This document shows, piece by piece, positions 43,646 to 56,500 of a DNA stretch of 64,000 nt. The first letter of the stretch is position 1. The number at the start of each line of letters is the position of its first letter. The position numbers and the translations under genes are program-made. This stretch comes from Tubulanus polymorphus (lineage: Eukaryota; Animalia; Nemertea). The stretch is taken from NCBI RefSeq assembly GCF_964204645.1, contig NC_134026.1, forward strand, positions 9,757,950 to 9,821,949, read 5' to 3'. A model generated the notes under the pieces. That model saw only the letters and a program-made list of their open reading frames with translations, had not been told where the DNA came from and made no database searches.

Positions 43646-44568
43646 TCAACACTCGCTGCTATCTGCTTTCGTTCGCGACTGAACGTAAATACCATGAGGG
43701 TCCGATCCAGTTCGCTTTAGGCGGAAACTCTCCTGCAACAACGAACGCTTATCCGACGGAACGGTCGAATCTTGTTCGTAACAATCGTTATTAAATGCTA
43801 GATTCGGCATGCTACGCAAATACGTGTCCGGCCGGCCAAACGCCAGCGAGTCTTGCGTCACGCTTGGCTGACGCGGCGGTGTGAACTTCAAATTCGGTGT
43901 ACTTTGTCTGTTGTTACGCATTGGATCGATAACATCGTAATGATTAGGATCGTCTGAATGTAAAGCGTTCCATGAAGGAGAATGTTTAAGAGTGTTTGGA
44001 TTCAACGGTGCTGCTGTCTCCTCGTTTTTACGGCTATTTATGAAATTCTTATCGGCGATCGGCGCCGATTTCGTCTTTATCATAATTGGCTCCTCGTATC
44101 CGTCGGAGACTTTTTCATAATCGGGACCATCCTCATCATCATCATCATCATGGTCATCATCATCGGAGCCGTTTTCGTATTGTGGCTGTTCCTCTTCTCT
44201 CAGCATGTTCTGCTGCTCGTGTTCGCGGTCGCGGTCTTTCAACAGACGATTGTCGCAATAATCGGTCATCTTGAACAGGTCGGCGTCGCTGAATTCGGAC
44301 TCGGTGAATTCGCCGACGTAATCGGACGAAAATTCGTTTTTCACGTTCAGCGGGATTTTCGGCCGGTAACAATACTTGGCGCCGGTATCCTGGTTGACTA
44401 ACATGTTATTTCGACAATAATCTGAAACGGCATCGGAATCGACGACCGAGCCGTCGATCTTGGAAAGGTTGCCGGGATCATACGTGTCGGCGTTATTCTG
44501 CTTACGCTGAAGAGTCGAATAATTGCTGTTGTTGCTGATGTCTAGAGCATGGTTGTTCTTCAACACTA
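43646..44568 (-). CDS. Terminal exon of the latrophilin-like gene (long cytoplasmic tail ending ...ADSSEC)
   Basis: ttttcag acceptor (CAG at 44569-44571), phase 1 compatible with exon 47396-47306. About 300 open, CpG-rich codons with an acidic tract. Confidence 0.8.
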
Positions 44569-47500
44569 CTGAAAATGACATGAAAAAAGTTTCTTAGATA
44601 CCAAAAAACATTACAAACGCGTAGAATCATTGCTCAAACTGAGAAAGCAATGATTTTAACGGAATGTCTACTGCGCACAGCACTGGAAAACAGCAAAATG
44701 GGAATGAAAAATGCTTTTTCCTTTACTTTTTGTTGACTGTTTCAAGCTCTTGCACTTGATGTCGCAGTGGATTTAATTCAAAGTTTCATAAAAGAATTGG
44801 TTACATAAATGGTGAGAGCATTTCGGTCAATAGTTCGGGTCAAAATCAAGGAAACTCTTTCAATAGCACGCTTGTCAAGTTGGGGAATGTATAATGCCGC
44901 GTACTACTGATTCATATTGTGGATATCAAAATTCCAAATCTATCAAATATGATAAAAGATGCTCATCATCGCAATTTTTCAATTTTCAGTCCAAGCTTTT
45001 ACCTGTCTGTCATTTCTTATGTGCTCTGCTATGATTTCTGGCGCAAAGATGATTTTTTCAAAAATTGATAAGATTATAACAACATTGTGTAAAAGCGTAG
45101 ACTTATTAGTGAACCGGAATGCTGACTCTGAGACATCACTATATATTCGCTTTCACAATATTGTTAATCTATCAGCGCCCTGACCATAAAAGATAAACAA
45201 TAGATTCTCACTAACATCTTCCATAATATTTTCTCTGCAAGCATTGCATTTTTCAAGATTGAATTAAGTTTTAAGACTTCAACAAATTTAGCCCCAGCCT
45301 AATTAGAGGGCGTGCAAACCACTCACACCACTCACTCCATACATACTAAACGATGCTCAAACAAAGTAAAGTGACTCACTTCTGGAACCAGTTGCAATTC
45401 AAACACAATCATTTGTCCCGTGCTAAAATTTGGCTCGGGCCTAGTCCGAGATTTTTTTGTCAGGCAAAACAGGCATGGGTCCATTTAGCACCCGTGTGAA
45501 CAGTTGTTCCAGGCCAAATCTGTCAACCTATCTAGAAAATCTATTGTTATGAACGGGCAAGGCAGATGGACAAACAAAGAGTGACACCGATAAAACCCTT
45601 TGGTGCTTTAAGCGAGCTAATCAAAATACCATGATAGGCCAAAAATCTAAAACCTTTATTTTTCTTGCTGTTTTACAATACCGTGCGCACTTCATAAAAG
45701 CTTGAAGTTATGTGAAAATTACCCGCAAATCACTGGTTACAGCAGGTTGTAAAGTGCATGAAACAAAAAGGAAAATTGAGCAGAAGATGCGTAACAAATT
45801 TTTAGGGAAAGCAAAGGATTATATTCAAAGACTAAGTGAGTTGACTTTTACTGGTGCCAGCACACGTCATTAGGTATGTGGCAGAAAATTTCAAAGTTAT
45901 CCTAGAATGATTATTCTAGCACAACTAGAAAGAGCAGGGGAAATACTTGTCAGAAATACCTAGTTTGTCTTTCCAACTCAAATATTAAGGAAGTTATGAG
46001 ATTTTGAAGATTTCAAAATGGCAAAATTGTATACCCATAATCATAAAGAACAAGAGCCCCAAGGGGCACGATGGCCGGCTTGTAGGCTTTTCATACTAGA
46101 AAATGATGCATTGATTCTGTGGGTTATATTTGTCACAATACTCTCCCCACTCAGAGTCAATACCTATAATTTACACAGTACAGTCGTGTTTTCATAAGTA
46201 GCACAGACTGGGAGCTGGCGGGAACAAATACCTCAGATCAATCTTTCCCTTGGTCTTATTGATTTGAATGCGGAATTGAATTGGATTAGATGTTTAATTT
46301 TTTCAGTAATGTAAAATTGAATTGGATTTGATATTTTTAATGCAGAATAAAGTTTGATTGAATTTGCAGTCTGAGCACATGGCTAATTAGCATATCAAGG
46401 TCATCCATCCGTTTATATATCGCATATATCGTTTTTTTTCAAATCACGTGATTTTATTTACTAATATGACATCACGTGACCGTGAATCGACAAAATGTAA
46501 ACAACAGAAAACAGCTTCAAAATCGTGTATAATTGAATATTTGGTTCTCAAAAGCACATAAACCACCCTAATCATTCGATTATTCACACTACAAATATAC
46601 GGTAAGAAATTTTTGGTGCCAAATTTCGAGCCAAAACTCAATGACAAAAATTGTATTTCTTCCAAAATAGCGGACCATGCCGCGAGAAACCCCAGGTAAA
46701 ATTTGATAGTGTTCGTATTATTGCATCTACTTCAAACTTCGTCTTTAAATCACTTAGAGACAGAATTTTTGATATGCAAATAGGTTTCGTTAATATAAAG
46801 ACTCGCGTTCAGGTATATCTAAGGGCTTTGAAATCATGACTAATCTTCAAACCACTTTGGCAATTCTTAACCAATCAATGAAATTCAAAAATGAGGCTGA
46901 AGTCCCGGAAATCCCTGACATCATGGAAGGGAATCCCAAAATAAGCCAATCAGAGCAATTCTAGTAGGGGATTCCGCTGGGAAAGCTAGTATACACGTCA
47001 CAGACCTATTGTACTGTGCATAGCGCGATTCTGCCACATACCTACACACATATAAAGCTGTAATACAAAGTTGTGAATTATCATTGTTATTATTATGAAA
47101 AGCAACGACACAACTGTCAAATATATATTATCATATATGTATGTATATACAACATAAACATTTACCATCTGTTTTATGGATTTCTGAACCGAAAATAAAA
47201 GGCAAAAAGATAAAATGTTTTTACCGGCATAAATAAAATCAATGGAAATGATATTTCTTTCATTAGTTTACATGACCGGTTAAACGTTTCCTCCCATTTA
47301 CTTACTTCCGGTAGCTGCTGATGATTTTGCAGGCAGAGACGTGGACGATGACTTCTTGCGAATTCGCGAACGGCTGCTCCACAATCGAACAAAATACTGG
47401 AATATCAAAAAGCCCATTATTGAAATTCACTAATCAGATAGCGATATATGTAGCATAAACATCAGAAATGTTCCCAGTCACAATGGTGGATAGTTTTCAA

Positions 47501-50500
47501 AAGCTCAACACAAAATGGGCAAGAAATGATTAAGTCCTAATTTCATGGATCCAGTTCTTCAAATAAAATTGGGGTGGTAACCGGGTCTCACCAGAAATCT
47601 ATGCACTAGTTGATAGCCCAGTGACTGGGACCACCGTATGGAATGGACATTAATGCTTTGTATGAGTCATCTGGGTACTCGGGTTATCATATTGTTAGTG
47701 ATTGCACAGAATTAAGGATTAAACTGTTAGTTGCTTAGAGCTGTTATTCAGAATAAAAACATCAAACATTAAACAAGAATGATCAACAATGAGATATCTA
47801 AAAACCCATAAAAAAATCACTGACCGAAATACGCACCACCTATCTGATTTATTTTAGTTAATATTTAGAAGGCAGCACCTTCCTGTCTGTGAAGATACGG
47901 TGAGTTTACTAGAAAATGTGACGGTTGACGTGACTGTATACAGGTTTCCACAGTATCATTTGAAAACATGGAGCCACTAAATCAAAGATTTTGTGAAACC
48001 GGGCCCCGAAGACAAGCTCAGTAACGATAATCTTTGACTTCCTCAATTCTGTCTTGTTAATAAATTGTTGTTAATAAATGTGAATGTGAAATATGATTAT
48101 TGGCAAAGAATTTGTGTGAAATTAGAATTATCATTAACAAAAACCATTGAATCACATAAAGCTTGTCTATTACGTTTAATAGCAGATTAGTTCTGAGAAG
48201 ATTAAACTACAAGTTTAAACAAATTCCATTGTGGTTTGCACGAACGCAAACTGGATATTCATTTTCACTTAGATACTTTTCACATAAGTACTAGGCCATT
48301 AACTGAAGAATTCTTCGAAAGAAATAATACAGTAGACTTCCTTCTAGTTTGTAATGTCTGATATGAACATTTTACTGACTTGGGAGGTGTTGCTGAAAGA
48401 TTGTTAACCAATGTAAAAAACCACGGTAATTTTTATTCAATCGCTTGCCGGCAAGTGAGAATTCTGCAACGATATTCAAGGTTTGTTAATAGATATTCGG
48501 TTACTAACGATATCATTTCATCCACGTTTCAATTAAAATCAGAAGTACATTAATCATCAAAGAAGACTGAACCAAACACGGACTAGAAAGAAAATTAAAT
48601 CTTATCTAGAGGACTGTTAAGATAATATTTGGCTTTGGAAGCCTAAAATTCCACTACGAAGTTGAAAATGAACAAACTTTGATAATTGAAAATAAAAAGT
48701 TAGTTAAGCCATCTGATGATCTGTTGCCGGTCCCCCTTTACTGGTATAGAACAATGTTACAGGTATTTGACACTGGTAAAAACAATTAACAACCTTTGAA
48801 CAATCTGATGAAAATAATCTTAAAGCCAGCCAGTCATGAGTACTGATGTTAAGACTATCAAGTTCTAGTTCAAAATTTGTGCATAAAATATTACTTTCAC
48901 TGGAGATAAAAAAAATTTGAACAAATTACTTTAGGTTAACTCACAACTGCGAAACCATACACAAGATTGATTAAGATTCAGAAGGAGCCTACTGTATAGA
49001 AAATCAACAGAATAAAGAATGAAACTATCACTTACGCTATTCCCACGGAACTAAAACAAATCAAACACAAAATATTCATGCATTATGAGCCTCAAATTGT
49101 TTATGGCAAAGACCATTACTAAAAACATGCTTCCGATATATTTCAGATATACAATACTCACATTAGCAGCGTTTGAGCTTGTTCGGGATGGTGTGCCGGA
49201 ATTGCTGAGTCCCGTATGTCCACCGTAACCAATACGCACACAGTCCGGTAACCATGATGTTCGGCGCACTAATTTCTTGTATTCTTTCTGGACCTGTGCG
49301 AATAATGAAATCAGAGTTAACACTCTCAGAGAGACTCTCACACCAACAAAACTATAGACACATTATAGGAAGCGTCAAAATGGACTAATCAATGTAGTTA
49401 AGCCCACTATACAAAACCAGGAAGAAAGACACTCTTAAATATTTGGATGGATATATGAAAGCTGTGGGTACTGGAGTTTGTAATGGGTAGTGTAGTGTGA
49501 TCTGTGTGCATTTGTGGCCAGCACACAGATCACATTGTTCAATGGGGTTTGGTCCAGGACTCGCGAGATTTTCAACAACACGGAAGTAACGTGTAATAAA
49601 TGATGACTTGAATTGCATGACTACCTACCACCCCTCATTATTGTTGGAAAACTAAACGTTCGGCACTGACTAAAAATTAGTAATAACATTTTAGAAATGG
49701 CCAGAATTTTAACTTAGGTTCTATCTCATTTTTATTTTACAATTGCGATTGGTATAATTTTCTTTTAAACGGCCGTTAAGGCTTCATGTTTCGTCTGCAA
49801 TTCACTGCAAATAGTTACGCAACTACGCACATTTCAGTGTTTTTTGCAGCTGTACACTCAATCGGCACCGTTCGTGACTAGCTTCACTGCGGAATTATCA
49901 TTAATTAACATCGCCATATCACATCATCAACTTATATTGTGCCTTAAAACCCTAACAGCCGAAATAATTGAAATGCACACACGATTTCTATCATTGAAAA
50001 TTGAGAGAGTGGCCATGTTTGTGTTTGCTGCTTCGCGTAAATCCCGCACGGTAGCGGAACCGCGCCGAGTGGGGCCGATACGTCCAGCCCCAGCAACCAG
50101 TTCCGCAATTCCCAGTTAAGATTCGATTCAGAGTTAAAACATTGGAAATTAACTTATTTTGACCGAACAAGTCAAACTCAACTAAGAATGGACTGTGTAA
50201 CTGGATCCTGGTTGCTATATACTATTTCGATTTTTTCAGATGCTAGCGGTCTCTACTCTTCCTGATATATGTATATTCAACATTGTGATTAATTTCAAGA
50301 TTGCAATAAACCAAACCAAATCATACCGGACTCACTGAGATCAACATTTAGTTTCACTTACCTTGTCATTCATGACGCAATGGAATGTGAAGATGAACAC
50401 GCCTTGTAAGCTATTTAGAATTGTGAATATGTACGCGAGAGCAACTGTTTCTTCTCCAAGGAACAATAAACCGAACGCCCATGTCAAACCGAGCAAAACA

Positions 50501-53500
50501 ACCAATACAGATGCTCCTTTGATCCACGCTCTGAAAAAACCAAGGAGTCGAGTTAAGAGTCGAAAGATAAAGGTTTGATAGGAATTACCACTGCCAGGAA
50601 ATTGCCATGTGCTTAAATGAAGAACTCAATAACTGAATGGACGATAAATGAATATAAGCCTATAACATTTGTATAAGATAAAAGAATTTCAAAATTCTAC
50701 AGGAAGCCCTTGGCCTGTGGGCTTTGACCTTGTGGGCCTTGTAAAGTCAAAGCATCAGCGTGGAAACTGATTTAAAGATTTGGTTTTTGACTACTGGAAG
50801 AGCATCTTGAAATTCCCTTCAATCCGTCTGAAATCTTAATCATAAGAAATGAATACTTGTCCATTGAAACTAAACAGTATACAACAAATTTACTACAAGG
50901 TCAGGGGACCATATTTCTACTCACTTGAGTAGAGTAAATTAACCATTAATTCCAGAATATGTTTTATATTTTGCGAAATTGTTGTTGTTGTTTTGAATCG
51001 TAAGCTATTAACTCGAAAACTGAAGCCGCAAACACCAGGATATTCAAATTATATGTACAACAATTATATGTACAATGATTAAAATACTAATTGGATACAG
51101 ATATATTTTTCATTGGTTCCCTCCTAAAAGCCATGGAAATACCGGTAGCTATGAAATTTCAATGCTTGCAGCAGTGAAAAATAATATATGTAGCTTGATA
51201 CAAAGATATATAGACAGTTGAGCAAAAGAAGAACAATTACTAAAACTACTATGAAAACAAAATACATTAACATAGTTATATAATACACAGAATTATGAAA
51301 ATAAATAAATACATAGCTACAAAAATTTCTGGAAATGCCAGTGTTTTGTAAGGTTCAGGGGCAGATCCTGACTTCAGACTGTATTTCCCGTATATTGGAA
51401 AATTTCAAAGCCTTCAAGAATGCACCAAACAAAACAAAATCTTTCAAAATATTTTGAGCATGGTGCACCTGAACTCCGAGTGGTTGCTTGCTCCTATTGG
51501 CAGTGAGTGTCAAAGAGTTTTTGACTATCTTCACCTCAAATACTGACAGACTGAATCCAGTTCGGGATCTGCCCCTGATGTTTTTAACTGATTAGTGACA
51601 GCATCTTTATCAGATGTACCATTAAATGATATGTTATTGGAAAATCTATTCAAGCCCCAATTAGTAGTATATGATTCAAATTATCATATGATGATGATGA
51701 TGTATAATTGCTAGAAATGGAAACAGTGTTAAAGGTGATATGGAGAAAACAATGAGATGAAGGGGTGGGGTGAAGAAACACCGCAACAGTAAGATGTCAC
51801 CATGAAGGCTAGTTTCTACCAAGTTCCTACGTCAGCGGGGGCATGAAATTGATTAGAAATGTTCAGTGTTTCCAACATATGCACATTTCTATGAATTGAA
51901 AGCTATTTTCATAGAAAACTACCATATCTTTAATACAAGTGTCCAACAACACCTGCAGTGCAGTTATAAGCAAGTTTGTCGCTGGGGCATCTGATGTCTT
52001 ACAAGACTGATCTTAGATGCTCAAAATTTCAAGTAACCATTTGTTTCAAGGCATTTTTTCAAAAACAACAATTTAGTTGATAAAAATATCTTAAGGGCAG
52101 GCACAATTTTGTTGGACGTTCTGGAAAGAGGTCAAAAATGGGCCAGACTTTTTTCATTTCAATTTGCCCTAGAAATATTTGACAATATCTTGCCCCTGTC
52201 GCCCATATCATCAGTTCGAAATCATGCCCTGGTGATTGAATAGGGGCAATAGCAGGGAGTTACGTCTACCGCAGTAGTATTCCCGTACAAACAGGGTTGA
52301 CACAAGAAAAATGGTGCATTGCTCGGCTAATTCTAATAAGGCATAGGTGACATACACATAAAATGTCAGTGGGATCACATTGTCTCCAGGTATTCAGCTT
52401 CATATGAACATGGGTTATGTTATGATAGAATCTTACAACGTTGCCAAGAAATTTGCAAGGTATTAAGCCAATGCTGAAGTAAAAAGCCTAGTAGAAGCAT
52501 GGACATATAGACTCTAGTTTATATATCCATGGTAGAAGATACAGAGAAAACTGTCAACCTTGAATTATTTAACGAAAACGCAGAAAGGGATACAAAAAGT
52601 CAAAACAGCTTGAATTTGGAACAGTTTAATCCTTATGATATCAAACGAGATATGATCCATTTTAACATTAATTGAATGCAAAATATGTTATCTCATAAAC
52701 TGGATGATTTTGCCAGTCCTGAGATCAGAATTGTTCATACCATAATACTAGTACACCCACTTTCTCCGGAATATTTGGACCCACAAAAATCAGAGATCTG
52801 AATTAGAATCATATTTTGAATCATATTTTATATAAACTGCCTAATGTGTTACTGGAACAAGGAATACAGTTCGGATTGACATATTTGCTGCCAGTGATGA
52901 AACAACTCACATACCTATGCCTTTACGCCTTTTTATAGTGTCTTGTAACAATTATGTGGTGTGCATATGAGTGCAAGAATTTGAGAGTATGTGGTGATGG
53001 ATTTAAGACAAATATAAGCCTATTTCCTCACTTAAACAATTGTTGTAATAAATATGTTCTGTTATAATTTCTACATCAATTATCTTTGCAAAATTAAACT
53101 ACAGCAGATCTACCGCATTTTGCTGGGACGAAACCTCGTCATAGGTGCAATGTTAATTCCTAGATTCCCGAGAGATCTGGCTTGAAACGAACCAGGAATT
53201 CCCGGCAGTACAGAGTTTATGTAGATAAAATATGATTTATGGGGCTACCTCTAGTTTGGAACACACTGAAATAATTTTAAATAGAGTAACAATTCAAGGA
53301 TTTGCACAGATTTGCGATTTGCAACAAATGGGTTAAACTGATGGAGATCAAGCAGGATTGACTTCTGTTATGGTTATAACATCAATCGATATGACCAAAA
53401 GTCAGTACAGTAGAATAAGGAATCTACATATACTGTATTAGGCTAATTCACCATAGAATTTCACATGGCCGAGTTGACATTTTTCAATCCCAGTTAATAT

Positions 53501-56500
53501 CTTCGATATTTTTTAACTAAATTACAAAGGTTGACAGTTCTGAGAGATAGAGAGGATACCCGGTATGTAAATTAATGAAAACCGCTATTCGAGTGATGGA
53601 TGTGATAACGTCTTACACTGTCTGCTGTAGGTGGCGTTTCAGGGGTACGTCTTCAGATTTCGTGCTAGCGAGACTGCGGCGATGGGAACTACATGCAAAA
53701 TTGAAATGATGATTCAACAGTAAAACATGAAGCATGCCATCAACAAACGTATACATATTCAGAAATGACGCCATTGATAATAAGCACATTAACTTGAAGT
53801 AATGACTGTTAAAATGTGACAACAGAAAAAGCACGATATTGAAGAAATAGGCAAATCATTTTTGGAAAAAGTATCGAACAATAAGTCAGAATAAAATCTA
53901 ATTTCAAACATAAATCTGACATCAAGAATCAAAATAAACTTTATGGATTATCAGAATATTTCATTTTGAACCAGAAGTGCTACATAAAGGTCAGTTAAAT
54001 TTGCTTAATGAATTATTGGAAATCACTTCTAACTGGCCAATTCGTTGAGACTACTTGCTAACCAACCTGAGTTGGCTGACCAAGGGCGGATCCAGAGTGG
54101 TCTTATGAAACTTCCATAAGACCCTCAAAATTGCGATTGGCCCTCAAACATGAAGGCAGTTTGTCAAAAAGGGCATAACTCTATCAAAGAAAGGCACAAT
54201 TTTGTCAAAATTCTAAAAAATGGCATTATGCTGTCAAAAGGATACCATTTTGCGGAAAACAATTTGAAAAAGGGCATCATTTTGGAAACCTATAGAATTC
54301 TATATAGCCACTATGAGTATAGCTGACGTAGCCCTAGATTGCACATCTGAACAACCTAATTTCTCCAGCTCTCTAGTTTATATTCAATTTGTCTTACAAA
54401 CAAATTTGTAAGATCCTAAAATCTGACCCTGTGACTTCTGGTTCAAAATTTGTCACTATAAACACGATCCGAGGAGAGAATGACAACGAGACGACATCGA
54501 TGATTTCAAAGCCTACCCTGCATCAGCAGCGCCGTTTGGTTTTTGATCAGTAGATGCTGCCGATTCTGATCGTTTACGACGCGAGTCGATCGCCTCGGCG
54601 CTGGCACTACTCGTTACGGTCGATGAGTTAAAACTGATACGTTTACTCGATCTGTCAATAATAATTCAGAAAAAAACCACATAAAATATGTCCATGCTTT
54701 AATGACGTACGAGTTGCATCAGTTGAGCATTTTGATTGCTTAGATTTAACGGGTTGTTCCAATTTCAGTTTTACAATTGACTTATATGATTTCAGACTCA
54801 GCACTAGTTATCAAAGTAGGATTTTTCTCAAATATTTCAACATTAGAAAATGCTATGGATGTAGCCATTACCAGGGATAGCCATACATTGCTTCTGCTTA
54901 AAAAAAGCGGCCCACAGCCTTAAATTAATGCTGATGACGATGTTCATCAAAAAGCAAAAGTTCTCTTATTTCAATAGTAATTAGTAACAAGCTTATACTT
55001 ATCAATATTGACACAAAGAACAAATTATGAAATGAACAGTAAATCAAAATCACATGCTCATACACATTAGTAGTACGTCTTGGAGTACCGACACATACTA
55101 CTCACATTAAAAACTTTATATACATATATACATTTAACATACATTGATCAAATAAAAAAAAATGTAATCTGAAATTAAACGCATCTATAAGTAAAAATTT
55201 GACAAAAGCATATAAAAACATTATAGGGTGATAGGGTCATTATGAAAACAAAGTAGATAATATATTTATCATTACAATATTCAGGGGAAAGAAATTATGA
55301 AAATATTTCAAAATTGTGACGTTAACTGCAGTAAAAAAAGAGCAGAATTTAGAGGTAAATTTCTGCTTCTGTGGGAATGTGACTAAATAGTCTGTAGAAT
55401 CATCTACTGCATCTATGTCTAGCAAATAAAACACTGCACGATTGCCTAAACAGGAAGATCTACCTAAATGATACACGGGTACACAAAGAGCCATAGCTGA
55501 TAAAATCTGAACGCGAAACGACATTTAAACAAAGGACAACATGCAGGAAGGAATGTACTTATAGCTTACAGTGTATCAGACATGGTTTGTTTCGATTGAG
55601 ATGTTGTTATTAAACTCTCATTCGACTGTAGAATCAGATCTCCTTTGCTGCCACTATCAAACGCAATTAGAAACCGGTTATTCAAAGAAATTCAAATAGA
55701 ATAGAATTCATGAATATCTGGCATCGAGATGCCAGAAAATATTGTTCCTCCGAACAACTAGACATAAAGGTTTCGTGATCGACGCCAAAACCAAGTCCAT
55801 CGCGAGCCGCCTGCAGATAGCACCAGAAGCTGTGATTTGGATCATTGTTGGATACACGTGCGAGAAGAAAACACGACTTCACGCTATCATTTTGAAGACA
55901 ATCCAACCGATGATATCGTAACTTTTTTGTTACTCAACTGATATCACTATTTACAAACTCGGTCTTAACAATATTCTTAGATACTTAGAAGAAAGACGCA
56001 TTTGAAACCTTCAGTTGAGATTGGAATGTAATGATGAATGTTTAAGAAATAGTCATTATAACATTTCCGAGTTATGAGAGAGGAGAAAGTAGATGTTAAA
56101 AGAAGAATAACTTATGTACCTTGCATTCTGTATTCGTGATCTATCTTTCGCCTTTAGTTTAGCGGCCATGTTAGCGTGTCGACACATCATGTAGATCGCA
56201 ATGCTAAGCATTACTACATTAACCTAATAAATGCAATGATACAAATGAACTCAATTCAGGAATGAAGTAAAGACTCAGGGCCAATGGCTCAAAAGTTGGT
56301 TAATATGGTTGGTGTGACCATGGTATTTATCTGATAGTTAGAACAACTGGCTAAGATGCTACACCAGATGATGATGTTCTCTAAAATGAAAGGTCGAAAC
56401 ATTATTATACAACGTCACAACTCAAGTCTTTTTTCAAATTGCATATAACAGTTTGTATTCATATATATAAACCCACTTCTTCTGTTAAGTTCGTACAAAT

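Noticed and set aside
43982-44401. Hydrophobic and His-rich ORFs overlapping the latrophilin last exon
   Set aside because: Antisense or alternative-frame shadows of the Asp/Glu-rich coding tract.
49990-50110. GC-rich hairpin-forming patch as a ribozyme or ncRNA
   Set aside because: No HDV, twister, tRNA or snRNA consensus could be fitted by eye; probably a TE fragment.
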